NCBI GenBank assembly: GCA_951406725.2
Contig: OX597827.1
Span: 67,394,001-67,458,000 of the forward strand
Direction of reading: 5' to 3'
DNA length: 64,000 bases
DNA from: Octopus vulgaris
Lineage: Eukaryota
This document shows positions 52,382-64,000 of this stretch, piece by piece. The translations under genes were made by a program, and so were the position numbers. The notes under the pieces are model-generated. The model did not search any database. It saw only the letters and a program-made list of their open reading frames with translations, and was not told where the DNA came from. The stretch's first letter is position 1, and each line of letters opens with the position of its first letter.

Positions 52382-52532
52382 CCTGTATCTATGTATATTA
52401 TATACATGTATATATATATAATATACATATATATATATATGTATATTATATACGTGCATATATATGTATATACATATATATTTATTTAATTTGTTTATAT
52501 ATTTGTAAATTATATATTTATTTTACATGTAA

Positions 52533-52563
<31 letters not shown>

Positions 52564-52564
<1 letters not shown>

Positions 52565-53460
52565 TATACTATAAGCCTACAGACTCTAAGCAATATCTTC
52601 CATTCAATTCATGCCACCCCAGACACACCAGGATGAATATCCCCTTCAATCTAGCAAAAAGGATATGCACTATAGTCTCTAACGCAAACACCAGAGACAC
52701 ACGACTACAAGAACTAAAAGATACCCTAATCACCAGGAACTATCCACCTTCACTTATTGACAAGTGCATTCAACGTGCCCTTCAACTTAACATCAAGGAA
52801 CTGAGACATCCCAAATCAAAGAAAAACTTACAACCAAAAGCCTTACCATACATCTCCACACACAACCCTCTCAATAACGAAGCCTTCGACACCATCCTCC
52901 ACAACATACCCCTCCTAAAAAAAGACCACAGAATGAACACAATCCTCCAAACACACACGATCATAAAAAGCAAAAGACAGCCTAGATCCATGAAAAGTCT
53001 CCTTACACAAGCCCGAATTCACTCTTCAACACAGAAGCCGACAGTAAAAAAATGTGGAAGACCCAATTGCGGGATATGCGACTATCTAATCGAGGGTTCG
53101 GAGTTCTCCTTCAAACAGGGACAACGGTTTACAGTGAAAAGCAACTTCACATGTGCTTCGGAGAACCTAATATACTCACTAACCTGCTCCGGGTGTCAAG
53201 AGCAGTACATAGGCCAAACAAAAAATGGTTTGCGTAAACGAATGGCCCTGCACAGATCCCAGATAAAAATTCCCCAAAACAGAAAAATAGCTTTTAGCCA
53301 ACACATAGATACTTGCGCCAACAAAAAAACACCAAACTTCAGAATTTTCCCCCTCTACCAATTTAGGGACGATACAACCTCGAGACAAAGAATAAGTAAA
53401 GAAAATCTCTTTATTACAAAATACAAGCCACTTCTTAACGGGTCTACGACAAACAATTAA
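52564..53460 (+). CDS. 5'-truncated Penelope-like element ORF (RT thumb, Cys-rich linker, GIY-YIG endonuclease); Neptune-like architecture
   Basis: The frame is open from the (TA)n junction: IYYKPTDSKQYLPFNSCHPRHTR (PLE thumb YxKPT..YL.F.S.HP), then CGRPNCGIC, NLIYSLTCSGCQEQYIGQT..LRKRMALH (GIY-YIG) and a KENLFITKYKPLLN end. The ATG at 52633 is internal. Confidence 0.93.
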
Positions 53461-53592
53461 TATACCTCAACTTTAGAATAAAAGAAAAAAATATATATAC
53501 ACACACAAATACTACACTCCATAGAATCCATTACTAATCAGCCCCTTCATAGCTATATTTACACCCATTCATATTCTCCCTTCTCTGTTTTT

Positions 53593-53880
53593 TTCTTCTT
53601 CTTCTTCTTCATCATCATCGTTATCATCATCATCGGCGTCATCATCATCACCACCATCATCACCACCATCTTCTCCTTCCTTCTCCTTCTTCTTCTTCTT
53701 CTTCTTCTTCTTCTTCTTCTTCTTCTTCTTCTTCTTCTTCTTCTTCTTCTTCTTCTTCTTCTTCTTCTTCTTCATCATCATCGTTATCATCATCATCGTC
53801 GTCATAATCATCACCACCATCACCATCATCTTCTCCTTCTCCTTCTTCTTCTTCTTCTTCTTCTTCTTCTTCTTCTTCTC
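53593..53880. repeat. Compound (CTT)n/(CAT)n microsatellite inside the PLE 3' region
   Basis: Read directly; the block structure is duplicated. Confidence 0.95.
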
Positions 53881-54207
53881 CACCCCCTACCCCTTAAGTT
53901 TGTCACTAATGTTTTTTAGTATAACACCTACGCTAATTCTATAAACAATCCTGAATTGAACTGAGACTGCCAGCCGCCACTGACCATTCAAAATACGACC
54001 ATCAGGGCACTCCCAGATTCTCCCACCCCCTTTCCTCACCAGCCTTCCCTCTACTACCCTACCAAGAACTCACAACTACCTCGAACACACAAGTGCAAAC
54101 AAGGGAGTCAGAGAAAGGCAGAATGCCACTTAAATCTGAACACTACTATAGAAATATTCTTTTAAAAAAACTTTTCTTCTAATTTTTCTAAATTTAATTA
54201 TTTAATC

Positions 54208-54254
54208 GTTACAGTTGAAAAGGTCTCAAAATGACCGAAACCGGTACTGAAATG
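54208..54254 (+). ncRNA. Type I hammerhead ribozyme motif, U3-A8 core variant
   Basis: cgttaCAG TTGAAAA GGTC-tcaaaat-GACC GAAA C-CG-G TA CTGaaatg: stem I CAG/CTG (extendable), stem II GGTC/GACC, palindromic stem III ACCGGT, predicted cleavage after GUA (54246). Confidence 0.75.
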
Positions 54255-54336
54255 TTCACTATAAAATTATTTTAGCATTTTCTATTTTTTACTTGTTTTT
54301 TCATATATATCAACTCGTGTGTTCCTTTTCACCCTT

Positions 54337-54372
<36 letters not shown>

Positions 54373-54538
54373 TAGGTCTATCCCAGTATTTTTTATCGAA
54401 AGTATGAAATGCAAAGACGACCTCGGTGGAACTCTGAACGTAAAGAGAGACGAAATAACTCTAAGCATTTCGCCCGGCGTGCTAACCTTTCTGCCAGCTC
54501 CCCCGCCTCACACACACACACATATATATATATATATT

Positions 54539-54584
<46 letters not shown>

Positions 54585-54585
<1 letters not shown>

Positions 54586-54979
54586 TAGCAGTATCGCCCG
54601 GCGTTGCTCGGGTTTGTAAGAGAAATAACTATATAAGCATTTTTAGCGATGTAAAATATAATAGCCATCTCAATATGGTTAACCACAAAGGAGGGGGGGT
54701 TACTGTAGCTTTTTACGTTCTGAGATTTAATAATAAATTTTTAGAGAGTTACTTCCCTTATATATGCCAAATATGCATTAAAATGGGAAAAATTGATGGT
54801 AAATTTTTTTAAAATCGTAGACTCATCGTAGATGTGCGCTAATACCCAGAAGGGCTCGATATGAATCACGACTATACGATACCCGGTTTTGGTTAAACTG
54901 CACCGCAAAATGAGGGAGTAGTTAGGAATCTAAATTGTAGGAAACAGACAGCACACAGCCTCACTTTTATATATAAAGA
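54585..54979 (-). mobile_element. Non-autonomous Helitron
   Basis: The minus strand reads A|TCTTTATATATAAAAG ... CCCGAGCAACGCCGGG hairpin, GATACTGCTAG|T: 5' TC, 3' CTAG, A/T target. Confidence 0.85.
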
Positions 54980-55342
54980 TATATATATATATACAAACGG
55001 ATGGATTATACGGTAAGAGTTTTAATTGTACGGTAACTTCATACAGGAAGGTATGTTTGAAGTGTAACGTCTATAACATACAGCAAAGCCTAGCACAGAA
55101 CCTTTCGAGTGATTTGGCTCTAACGTGTTGCATAACAACAGACAGCGTCATGCGATTGGACAGCTTATAGATGTTGCACTCCTTACACATCAGGCTGTAC
55201 ATTGTAAAAGGCAATAAAATCTGATGATGAAATGGTTTTAGCGATGCTGTATAGCCATTAATATGGTATGCTTCACATTTAGTATGTCCCGATTTTAAAT
55301 GATTCTCACTTTCATCTCTCTCTTTCTCCGTATACATACAAC

Positions 55343-55395
<53 letters not shown>

Positions 55396-55469
55396 CGTGC
55401 GTGTGTGTGTGTGTGTATACATAGGTATATATGTATGCATATATATGTAAATATAAATATATGTACGTG

Positions 55470-55500
<31 letters not shown>

Positions 55501-55510
55501 GTTGCAAAAA

Positions 55511-55575
<65 letters not shown>

Positions 55576-55589
55576 GTATACATATATAT

Positions 55590-55802
55590 AACGGGAAGCT
55601 TTATGAAAATAAACAGAAGACGAAGGCAGGTGGAATACAAACAAACAATTGTATTAGTATGGCGCTCAGGAATAGAAATAAAACAAGTCTTTTATGTTTC
55701 GAGCCTACGCTCTTCAACAGAAAGATACACAGAAAAGAAACACGGAGAGAAACAAGGAGAGAAAAAAATGCGTGCAGAAGCTAGCGAATCAACATGGCGA
55801 TC
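55590..55802 (-). mobile_element. PLE-like 3' end (family H1) with hammerhead-like motif at 55688-55725
   Basis: The minus strand reads TCTTT CTGTTGA A GAGC GTAG GCTC GAAAC ATA AAAGA. It is colinear with 1-148 and lies in TA-rich flanks. Confidence 0.65.
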
Positions 55803-55873
55803 TATGTATATACTTATATGTATTCTGTATTCATATACACATATACTTATATGTAGATATACATACATATATG

Positions 55874-55929
<56 letters not shown>

Positions 55930-57046
55930 CATATATGTATGTATATCTACATATAAGTATATATGTGTATATGAAACAAAAATAAAAGGTATCACAGCGT
56001 GGAAGATTTTGATAATCCTTTTAAGGACACATAAAAAAGCGTTAGCTTCACTTCAACATTTAAATTTATTTTGTGTTGTGTCAGCTTTCCTTCGTCGCTT
56101 TGAATCCGAGATTTTCTAACTGACAAATCTTTGTGTTACATCTGAGAAATAACAGTTAGTTCATATGTGCTTAAGTATGTATGTATAAATGTATGTATGT
56201 GTGTGTAGGTGTGCATATACATGTACATATGCACATGTGTATATGCGTATGCATGTGTATATGTCTGAACACATGTATGTATGTCATTATTCAGTTTATT
56301 TCAAGCTTTCTTGGCGATAGAGAAAGAACTGGTTTCTAACCTAGATCCAAGGCTCCTTCATTGGAATTTCAACTTCAACAACAGGGTATATTTTTATGTA
56401 CGTATGTATGTATGAATGTATCTATGTATGTATGTATTTATGTATGTATTCTCATGCATATAGTTGCATATCTAGACATTCTCATATATATTCAAATCAT
56501 AAACTCCTGGAAAGTTTTACAGATTTTTACACTTCCAATCGTGGATAGGATCTGTAGTCTACGAATTAGCTTTCTCCTTTTCTAGTTCTGCGAGGCTTAA
56601 TTTCTCAAGATTGGTATATTAGGCAGTGCGTTACATATCCCAGTGCTCCAATAATTACAGATATAAACCTGAACTTGTAATCTGGATAGTGTAACTTCAG
56701 ATTTCCCAATAGTGTGTATGTATATATGTATGGATGTGTATATGTATGTATGTGTATATGTATGCATGTATGTATCTATGTATGTGTGCATGTAAGTATG
56801 TATGTATGTATGTATGTATGTATGTATGTATGTATGTATGTATGTATGTATGTATGTATGCATGTGTGTATTTAGATATGTAAATGTGTAGACGAGTCAG
56901 CGTGTGTCTATATATGTATACGCATGTATACGTATGCTTATATACTGATATGTGTGTCTGCTCAAGTTGTATATATGACTGTTACTTTGTCGAAGGTCGT
57001 GTGTATATATATATATATGTGTGTGTTTATGTGTGTGTTCCTTTCA

Positions 57047-57286
57047 CTACCGTTCAATGGTGAATAGGTACAATGATTAGATACATAAATGCAAATATAA
57101 ACCTTCCTATACATATATACAAGCACGCACAATCATATAAACACGTACACACACACATATATACGTATATATGAGTGTGTATACGGGTTTATATGATTGT
57201 GCGTGCTTGTATATATATATGTTTCGATAGGTTTATATTTGCATGCATATATCTAATCATTATATCTATTCACTATTAAACGGTGG
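57047..57286. repeat. Imperfect palindrome of about 240 bp
   Basis: Centre TATAC|GTATA at 57164/57165; e.g. CAAGCACGCACAATCATATAAAC pairs with GTTTATATGATTGTGCGTGCTTG. Confidence 0.85.
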
Positions 57287-57295
57287 ATAACCCCC

Positions 57296-57355
<60 letters not shown>

Positions 57356-57697
57356 CATATATATATCCTTCGATAGAATAACAGTCATATATACAACTTG
57401 AACCGACACACATATCCTTATATAAATATACGCTTACATCTTCATACACAGATACACACACTCAGACACCTCTACACACATAACTAATTACATACAGGGT
57501 GGTTGTCTACTCCTTATACAGAGTTCAACCATCTCCTGTACCTACAGCTTAGAAGCATCATGGTATCTGATGTGGCTTTTTAAATCAGACAACATTCTGA
57601 AAATACACCCACATAGACTGCAAATCCGATACATACATACAAACTTACAAACATACATACATACATACATACATACATACATACATACATACATACA

Positions 57698-57730
<33 letters not shown>

Positions 57731-57932
57731 GCATGCATGCATACATAAGCATATATATATCATGAACTATCTGTTACTTTCTCAGCTGCAGCAAGAAGTT
57801 TTGATAGTGAACATGTCGCGGTTTCAAAGCGACGAAAATATTTTTAAATAAATTAAACTTAAATGTTGGAGTGATTCTAACGGTTTTTTGTGTGTTCTTA
57901 TATATATATATGCGTGTGTGTGTGCGTATGTG

Positions 57933-57974
<42 letters not shown>

Positions 57975-58071
57975 AATATAGATATATATGTATGTATGTA
58001 TGTATGTACGTATGTATATATATATATATGTGTGTGTGTGTATATATATGTGTGTATATATATATATACGT

Positions 58072-58446
<375 letters not shown>

Positions 58447-58499
58447 TAGATAGATAGATATAATATATGGATACTAATATATAGGTACTATAATTTATT

Positions 58500-59960
58500 G
58501 TACTTAAGTATTACAACAAATAAAAACCTAAATAGCTTTTCTTAGACGAATATCTTTTGACGTTGACAATATCAATTCAAAATTATTAATGATTCTATAA
58601 ATTTTAGTTTGTTGATTCCATAGTACAAACTTTCATATAGACAATGTTTTGGGTTTTACTAGCTAAAATGAAAAGATTGTTCTTGGTCCTCATTTTGGAT
58701 GTTCCAAAATATAGCTAACAGTCTGAGAAACATTCCTCTTCTAATCGCAAACCAGCAAGTTACAAATTCTGATCTTGGGACTTATTAAAGGACATTGCAA
58801 GAGACAGAGGTATTGGAAATTGAAGTCATTTGAACTCAGATGTATTAAAGTTAAGCGAAGAATAAAACCATCTTCATCGTTTTCACAGCCAGGAATTCTT
58901 GTGGTCTGTTTGCCATTTCTCCTTAATTTCTTGACAATATGTCTTACCTCATTGCACAGCTTTGGTGGAGAAAGGTTGTGTAGATGCATGTTTGGAACGC
59001 CTATTTTCAATGGAAGGCAATGGGGAGGAACTTCTGGTAGCTGCAATGTGTTTAAGAACTCAACCGGTTAATTAACTATTTCCGATCATGCAAAACAGAG
59101 TCTATAGATTTGTGGATATATTCGTTTCCTGGGAAAAGCTTCTCGAGTCTTCCATTTAAATTATTTACACTAACGTTCTTTGGTGACATGGCTGCTCTTT
59201 TGCACGGTCAACCAGCATTTGTGTAATTTGAATTTATACTTGGAAAAATTCTTCAATAAGTTCCTCAACCAAGCTGACCAAAGTGCAGATTTTCGATGGA
59301 TTCAAGTCACCTTCTCCAAGTTGCAAAAGAGTATGGGCAAATTATTCCAACAGATGTTCCCCATGCAAATGTGCTCTCACATTTGTAAAAGCTATAACAC
59401 TTTGATATGTTTCCATAAAATAGATTTCAAACATACTTTATATTCATCCGCCTTTGTTCCCCTGGGAATCTCTAGCAAAGTTTGTCTGAGGTCACATGAA
59501 TGTACTGCTGTCATACCTCATTTCAAACAAATGGAACAGCCCAAATCCTGCAGCATTCTGCTAACAGACTCTACTGATTTCTTATGGTACGTTGTAGATT
59601 AGACACACATGATCAAAGAACCCTTCACGAAGACTTGAGCTAAATAACAACTTTTACTAATACTGCAGGCAGTTTTATCATTTGAAGCTAGACTGAATGG
59701 CTGCTGTTCAACCTCATGTAAGGAAAGTAGCGACAATTTCAGAGCTTGCCACAGCTAAGACAATTTTCCTTTTCCTGCCGGAACTTTGGCACTAAATTTG
59801 TAACAAAATATTTTCCAGTTTCTGCTGGTGCATCTAAAAAATATAATTCTCCTCTTTTATATGTCACTTGGTCGATGATTATTGTATATGTAAGTTGGTC
59901 TGGCAAAAGTTTCGGAACGTTTTCTTCATGGAATCTTATGAATCAATATCATATGAAGTT
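58500..59960 (-). pseudogene. Decayed Helitron Rep/Hel PIF1-like helicase region
   Basis: FLDAPAETGKYF (Walker A), IVLAVASSEIVATFL..HS and [40 protein letters not shown], with many disruptions. Confidence 0.85.
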
Positions 59961-60073
59961 TCTCGAAAAACTTCTGTGATCAAAATTTTCACCTCATTTC
60001 GATGAATAAGACCAAATAAGATATTTTCTAATACATTTTCTAATCTGTTCTCCTGTCTCTCTTTCTCACTTTC

Positions 60074-60118
<45 letters not shown>

Positions 60119-61024
60119 TATCTCTCTCATACACCCACTCACAATCGCTGGATACACATATTTATAATATTTATACATCATTCAGAAGACTGCCAAAATA
60201 CTGCCTGGATTTACCTGGCATTTTGCTAAAAACCTGTACCTGCATGGAAGTACCAACGAACATCATTGTCCTCTGGCAAAGTATGCGCTATAAACATTAT
60301 TTTCCTGCCTATATTCTTCTAACTACTTTTACATTTATGCGTCTATTTTACTCCTTTATTCTTCTGTTTTATTCTTTATAAATTGTGAGTTTTATTCTTT
60401 GTAAACTGTAAAGGTCATAGACAGTTTGGTTTGGCTTTGAAAGGGAGAGTAACTAAGTGGGATAAAGATCAGAATGGTCAATGGGCCGAGGAGAGCTATT
60501 TTTTAAAGGTAGAGCAAACGTTACAAGAGCCTATTGGTTTCGGTGATACGTATCACATGACTGCTGCATTCTGCCGTACTCGAGAGAACATGTAACGTGA
60601 AGGAGGTGGCTTCTTTAATGCTACATGTAGAAGATATAAATTCGTTTAGTGATCCAACAGAAACGATCTCGAAATGATATAGCTGTGCATATCCTGTTAT
60701 TCAATAAAGCTGTGGCATACGCAGAAATTACTAGACAGTGTGCAGCTGAGCTCAAGTTAATTTAAAAACAGCTCCACTTTTTTCGCAGAGCTGCTGCCAC
60801 CTCTCATGCGTAGACTCATAATTTGTATCTGGCAACAATAACAGTATATGGTAGACAGTTGATAGACTGTTGCTACTGTTGCACGTCTATACAGTTGATA
60901 GACTCTTAATACTTGCATTACACGTCTAGAAAACACCACATAACTTTACTGATATAATTTGGTGGTAGAGGAAGCGAAGGGACACCCCAAATACTACACA
61001 GGTAATTCAGGAGATAGCAGCCGT

Positions 61025-61330
61025 GTTTAAGAAAAGATTAAAGCATTCTACGCCTGTCTTACGGATATTCAATTTAACATTTCCCAGCAGAGTTTAGTTA
61101 TAGACAAATGTATTCTACGCCTGCTTTAGATATAATCCGTATAGCATTTCCTATAAATTGATAAATGCATTACAAATAATATATATATAACATTTACCAG
61201 CAACGTTTAGTAACAGATAAAGGCCTTTCTACACATGCTATACAGAAAATGTGTATATCATCTCTCATAAGCATTGAGTAATAGATACAAGAACATTTAT
61301 ATCTGCTTCATAGAAAATCTCCGTATTATT
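61025..61330. repeat. Diverged tandem repeat, about 65-70 bp unit, about 4-5 copies
   Basis: Recurring GTTTAGT(T/A)A(T/C)AGA.AAA.G.ATTCTACGCCTG...CATTT motifs. Confidence 0.55.
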
Positions 61331-62043
61331 TCGCAAAAGCATTCAGAAATAGATGACCAAAAATGTACTCTACGTCAGTTTTAGCGACAAGAATCTTAAT
61401 CTTTCTATCGTTTGCCAGCCCACTCCAATCCGAAAACAAAAGAACTGTTTCGACGTTCCTTGAAAAGCGCAAAGTGGTTCCCCCTCGTTCTAAACTTTTA
61501 CGCAGAACTTGCTGACGCATGATGAATGGAAATTCACGTCATAAGACTACGTGATAATCTAAAAGGATCGAGTGACATTTAAACCGATCAACCTTACAAA
61601 TCATTTCTTCACAATCTGTTGATCCGTTGATGAGCGCACTCCAACATTTGCATTACTCTGTATGTATGTATGTGTGTGTGTGAGAGAGAGAGAGAGCATG
61701 TGCGCTCTATCACGTTTATCTCCCTCTCCCTTTCTTTCTCTTTCAGTGTGTGTGTGCGTGTATGTGTTTCTATGCGTGCGTGTCTGAATATTTTATGTGT
61801 TTATACCGAAGGAATATGACAGGCTGAAATGAAAATAAGGTGAAAAGTCATTTTCGATCTTTGTGCAATATATATACTTTATATATTTCTATAAGTATGC
61901 GCCTCCAGACATTTGTTCCACACACACACACATCCACTCACTCACACAAACACGTATGGGGAGTGTTGCCTTTGTGTGTACCTTTGTGCATGAAGGAGTT
62001 TATTTTGAGCGAATATAAATAATATCATATCTACACATACACC

Positions 62044-62151
<108 letters not shown>

Positions 62152-62217
62152 TATGTTTATGTTTATGCATAAAAGTACATATACGCATATATTACACACA
62201 CACATATATATATATTT

Positions 62218-62250
<33 letters not shown>

Positions 62251-62673
62251 CATGCGTATAGAATCACATACATGTACATTTTTATGCACACATATAAGTG
62301 TGGGCATATATAAATATACCTGCACATACAGTCACCTGCCCACAAACGCACACATACGTGGTTTCATATACGCATCCATAAACAACTATACCTGAGTTTA
62401 TGTATGTATGTGCGTGTGTAAATGTGTGTCTGTGTGTGTGTGTTTGTGTTAGTGTATCCGCATTTTGCAGCTTAAAGTACACCGATTTCGATATTTCAAT
62501 CTCTATTAGTTTCCATTGGCCAAATTTACTGAATTCTTTGGCAGTCAAAATTCTTAATCGGAAGAAGTTGCCACACCACTGATTTCACACGCTTCGCATT
62601 ATATATAATTTTATTACATATGTCAGCCAATATTTACAAAGTTAGTTGTTACTGCTGCTGTTGTTGTTGGTGC

Positions 62674-62713
<40 letters not shown>

Positions 62714-62949
62714 ACTGCTGTTGTTGTTGCTGTTATTTTTGTTGGTGGTGTTGGTGTGGCGCTGTGTCGTTGCGGTTTCTTTTCTTGCAGTTGTTTACCT
62801 CCATCTTCAGCCTCGTTCGGCCATGATTAACTGTGTTCTAACCATGGCCATCACCAGCGAACTAGATTTTTTTTTTTTTGGCATTGCATTACTTAAATTT
62901 CAGAGATAAGTGTAAGGTTATATTTCAGCAGTTAATGTTCTAACTGAAC

Positions 62950-63745
62950 AAGGCAGAGAGCTGGCAGAATCGTGAGCACGCCGGGCGAAATGCCTACTGG
63001 TATTTCGTCAGCCGCTACGTTCTGATTTCATATTCTGCCGAGGTCGACTTTGCCTTTCATCCTTTCGGGGTCGATTACATAAGTACCAGTTACGCACTGG
63101 GGTCGATATAATCGACTTCATCCGTTTGTCTGACCTTGTTTGTCCTCTCTGTGTTTAGCCCCTTGTGGGTAGTAAAGAAATAGGTATTTCATCTGCCGTT
63201 ACGTTCTGAGTTCAAATTCCGCCGAGGTCGACTTTGCCTTTCATCCTTTCGGGGTCGATAAATTAAGTACCAGTAACGTACTGAGGTCGATATAATCGAC
63301 TAGTCCCCTCCCACAAAATTTCAGGCCTTTTGCCTATAATGGAGAGGACTATTATCGTTATTATTATTGTGAAATTAAGTACCAGTTACGCACTGGGGTC
63401 GACGTAATCGAATTAATCCTTTTCGATAAATTAAGTGCCACTTACGCACTTGGGTCGATGTAATCGACTTAATCCCTTTGTCTGTCCTTGTTTGTCCCCT
63501 CTATAGGCAATAGAGCCCCTTGTTTAGCCCCTTGTAGGCAATAAAGAAATAACAATGTTAACACGCCAGATTAAATGTTTAGCAGCATTTTGTCTGTCTT
63601 TAGGCGCCGAGTTCAAATTCCGTCAACCCTGCCTTTCATCCTTTCGGGATCGATAAAATAAAATACCAGTTGAATAATAGGGTCGATGTAATCGACTTAT
63701 CCTCTTCCTGAACTTGCCCTGACTTCTGCCAAAATTTGGAAACTT
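62950..63745 (+). mobile_element. Cluster of SINE family B copies and fragments
   Basis: A dimer at 62950-63350 plus partial repeats. Confidence 0.78.
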
Positions 63746-64000
63746 GACACCAATGTTCCAGTTGAAATTGCATGGGCTAGTGGTTAGCGTGTTGCACTCA
63801 CGATGACGAGATTGCGATTTCAATTCGTAGACCGGGCTTAGCGTTGTCCTCATGAGCAAAACACTTCTTTTCAGCTCCCTTTGCAATCACTTAGATAATT
63901 GACGTGTGGGGTATACCGTGCACCCCTGATTAGGCTGCGTCGATTTGATGAAGGAAGTGGTGGTTTGGTTGTTGTGTACATCCATGTCAGCTCATCGACA

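Larger units (their letters stand above)
52564..54340 (+). mobile_element. Penelope-like retroelement copy (ORF 3' part plus 3' UTR/pLTR) inserted in (TA)n
   Basis: Flanked on both sides by TA-rich microsatellite. The 3' region contains a hammerhead at 54208-54254 and ends CAACTCGTGTGTTCCTTTTCACCCTT(AT)n. Confidence 0.85.

Noticed and set aside
59180-59602. 140-aa plus-strand ORF
   Set aside because: It is the antisense shadow of the decayed Helitron helicase.

Overview
AT-rich, microsatellite-saturated eukaryotic intronic or intergenic DNA. The SINE repertoire and (TA)n/(CA)n/(ATT)n density suggest a coleoid cephalopod, probably Octopus (inference). No complete host gene is visible, and almost all ORF-track entries are microsatellite or SINE artefacts. 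The only clean coding region is the 3' part of a Penelope-like retroelement (PLE; RT thumb, Cys-rich linker, GIY-YIG endonuclease; 52564-53460). The rest is four tRNA-headed SINE families (including Meta-domain SINE multimers), R4/Dong-like LINE relics, Tc1/mariner derivatives, Helitron/Helentron elements, a TTAA MITE and a 1.6-kb 27-bp minisatellite apparently born from a SINE. The most striking signal is a set of about 10 PLE-derived inserts sitting inside (TA)n tracts. Most are folded back as inverted repeats and carry type I hammerhead ribozyme motifs with palindromic stem III, including non-canonical cores (U3-A8 covariant, U6 variant, long stem II). In several copies the fold-back junction falls in or next to the ribozyme. 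All coordinates and alignments were read by eye.
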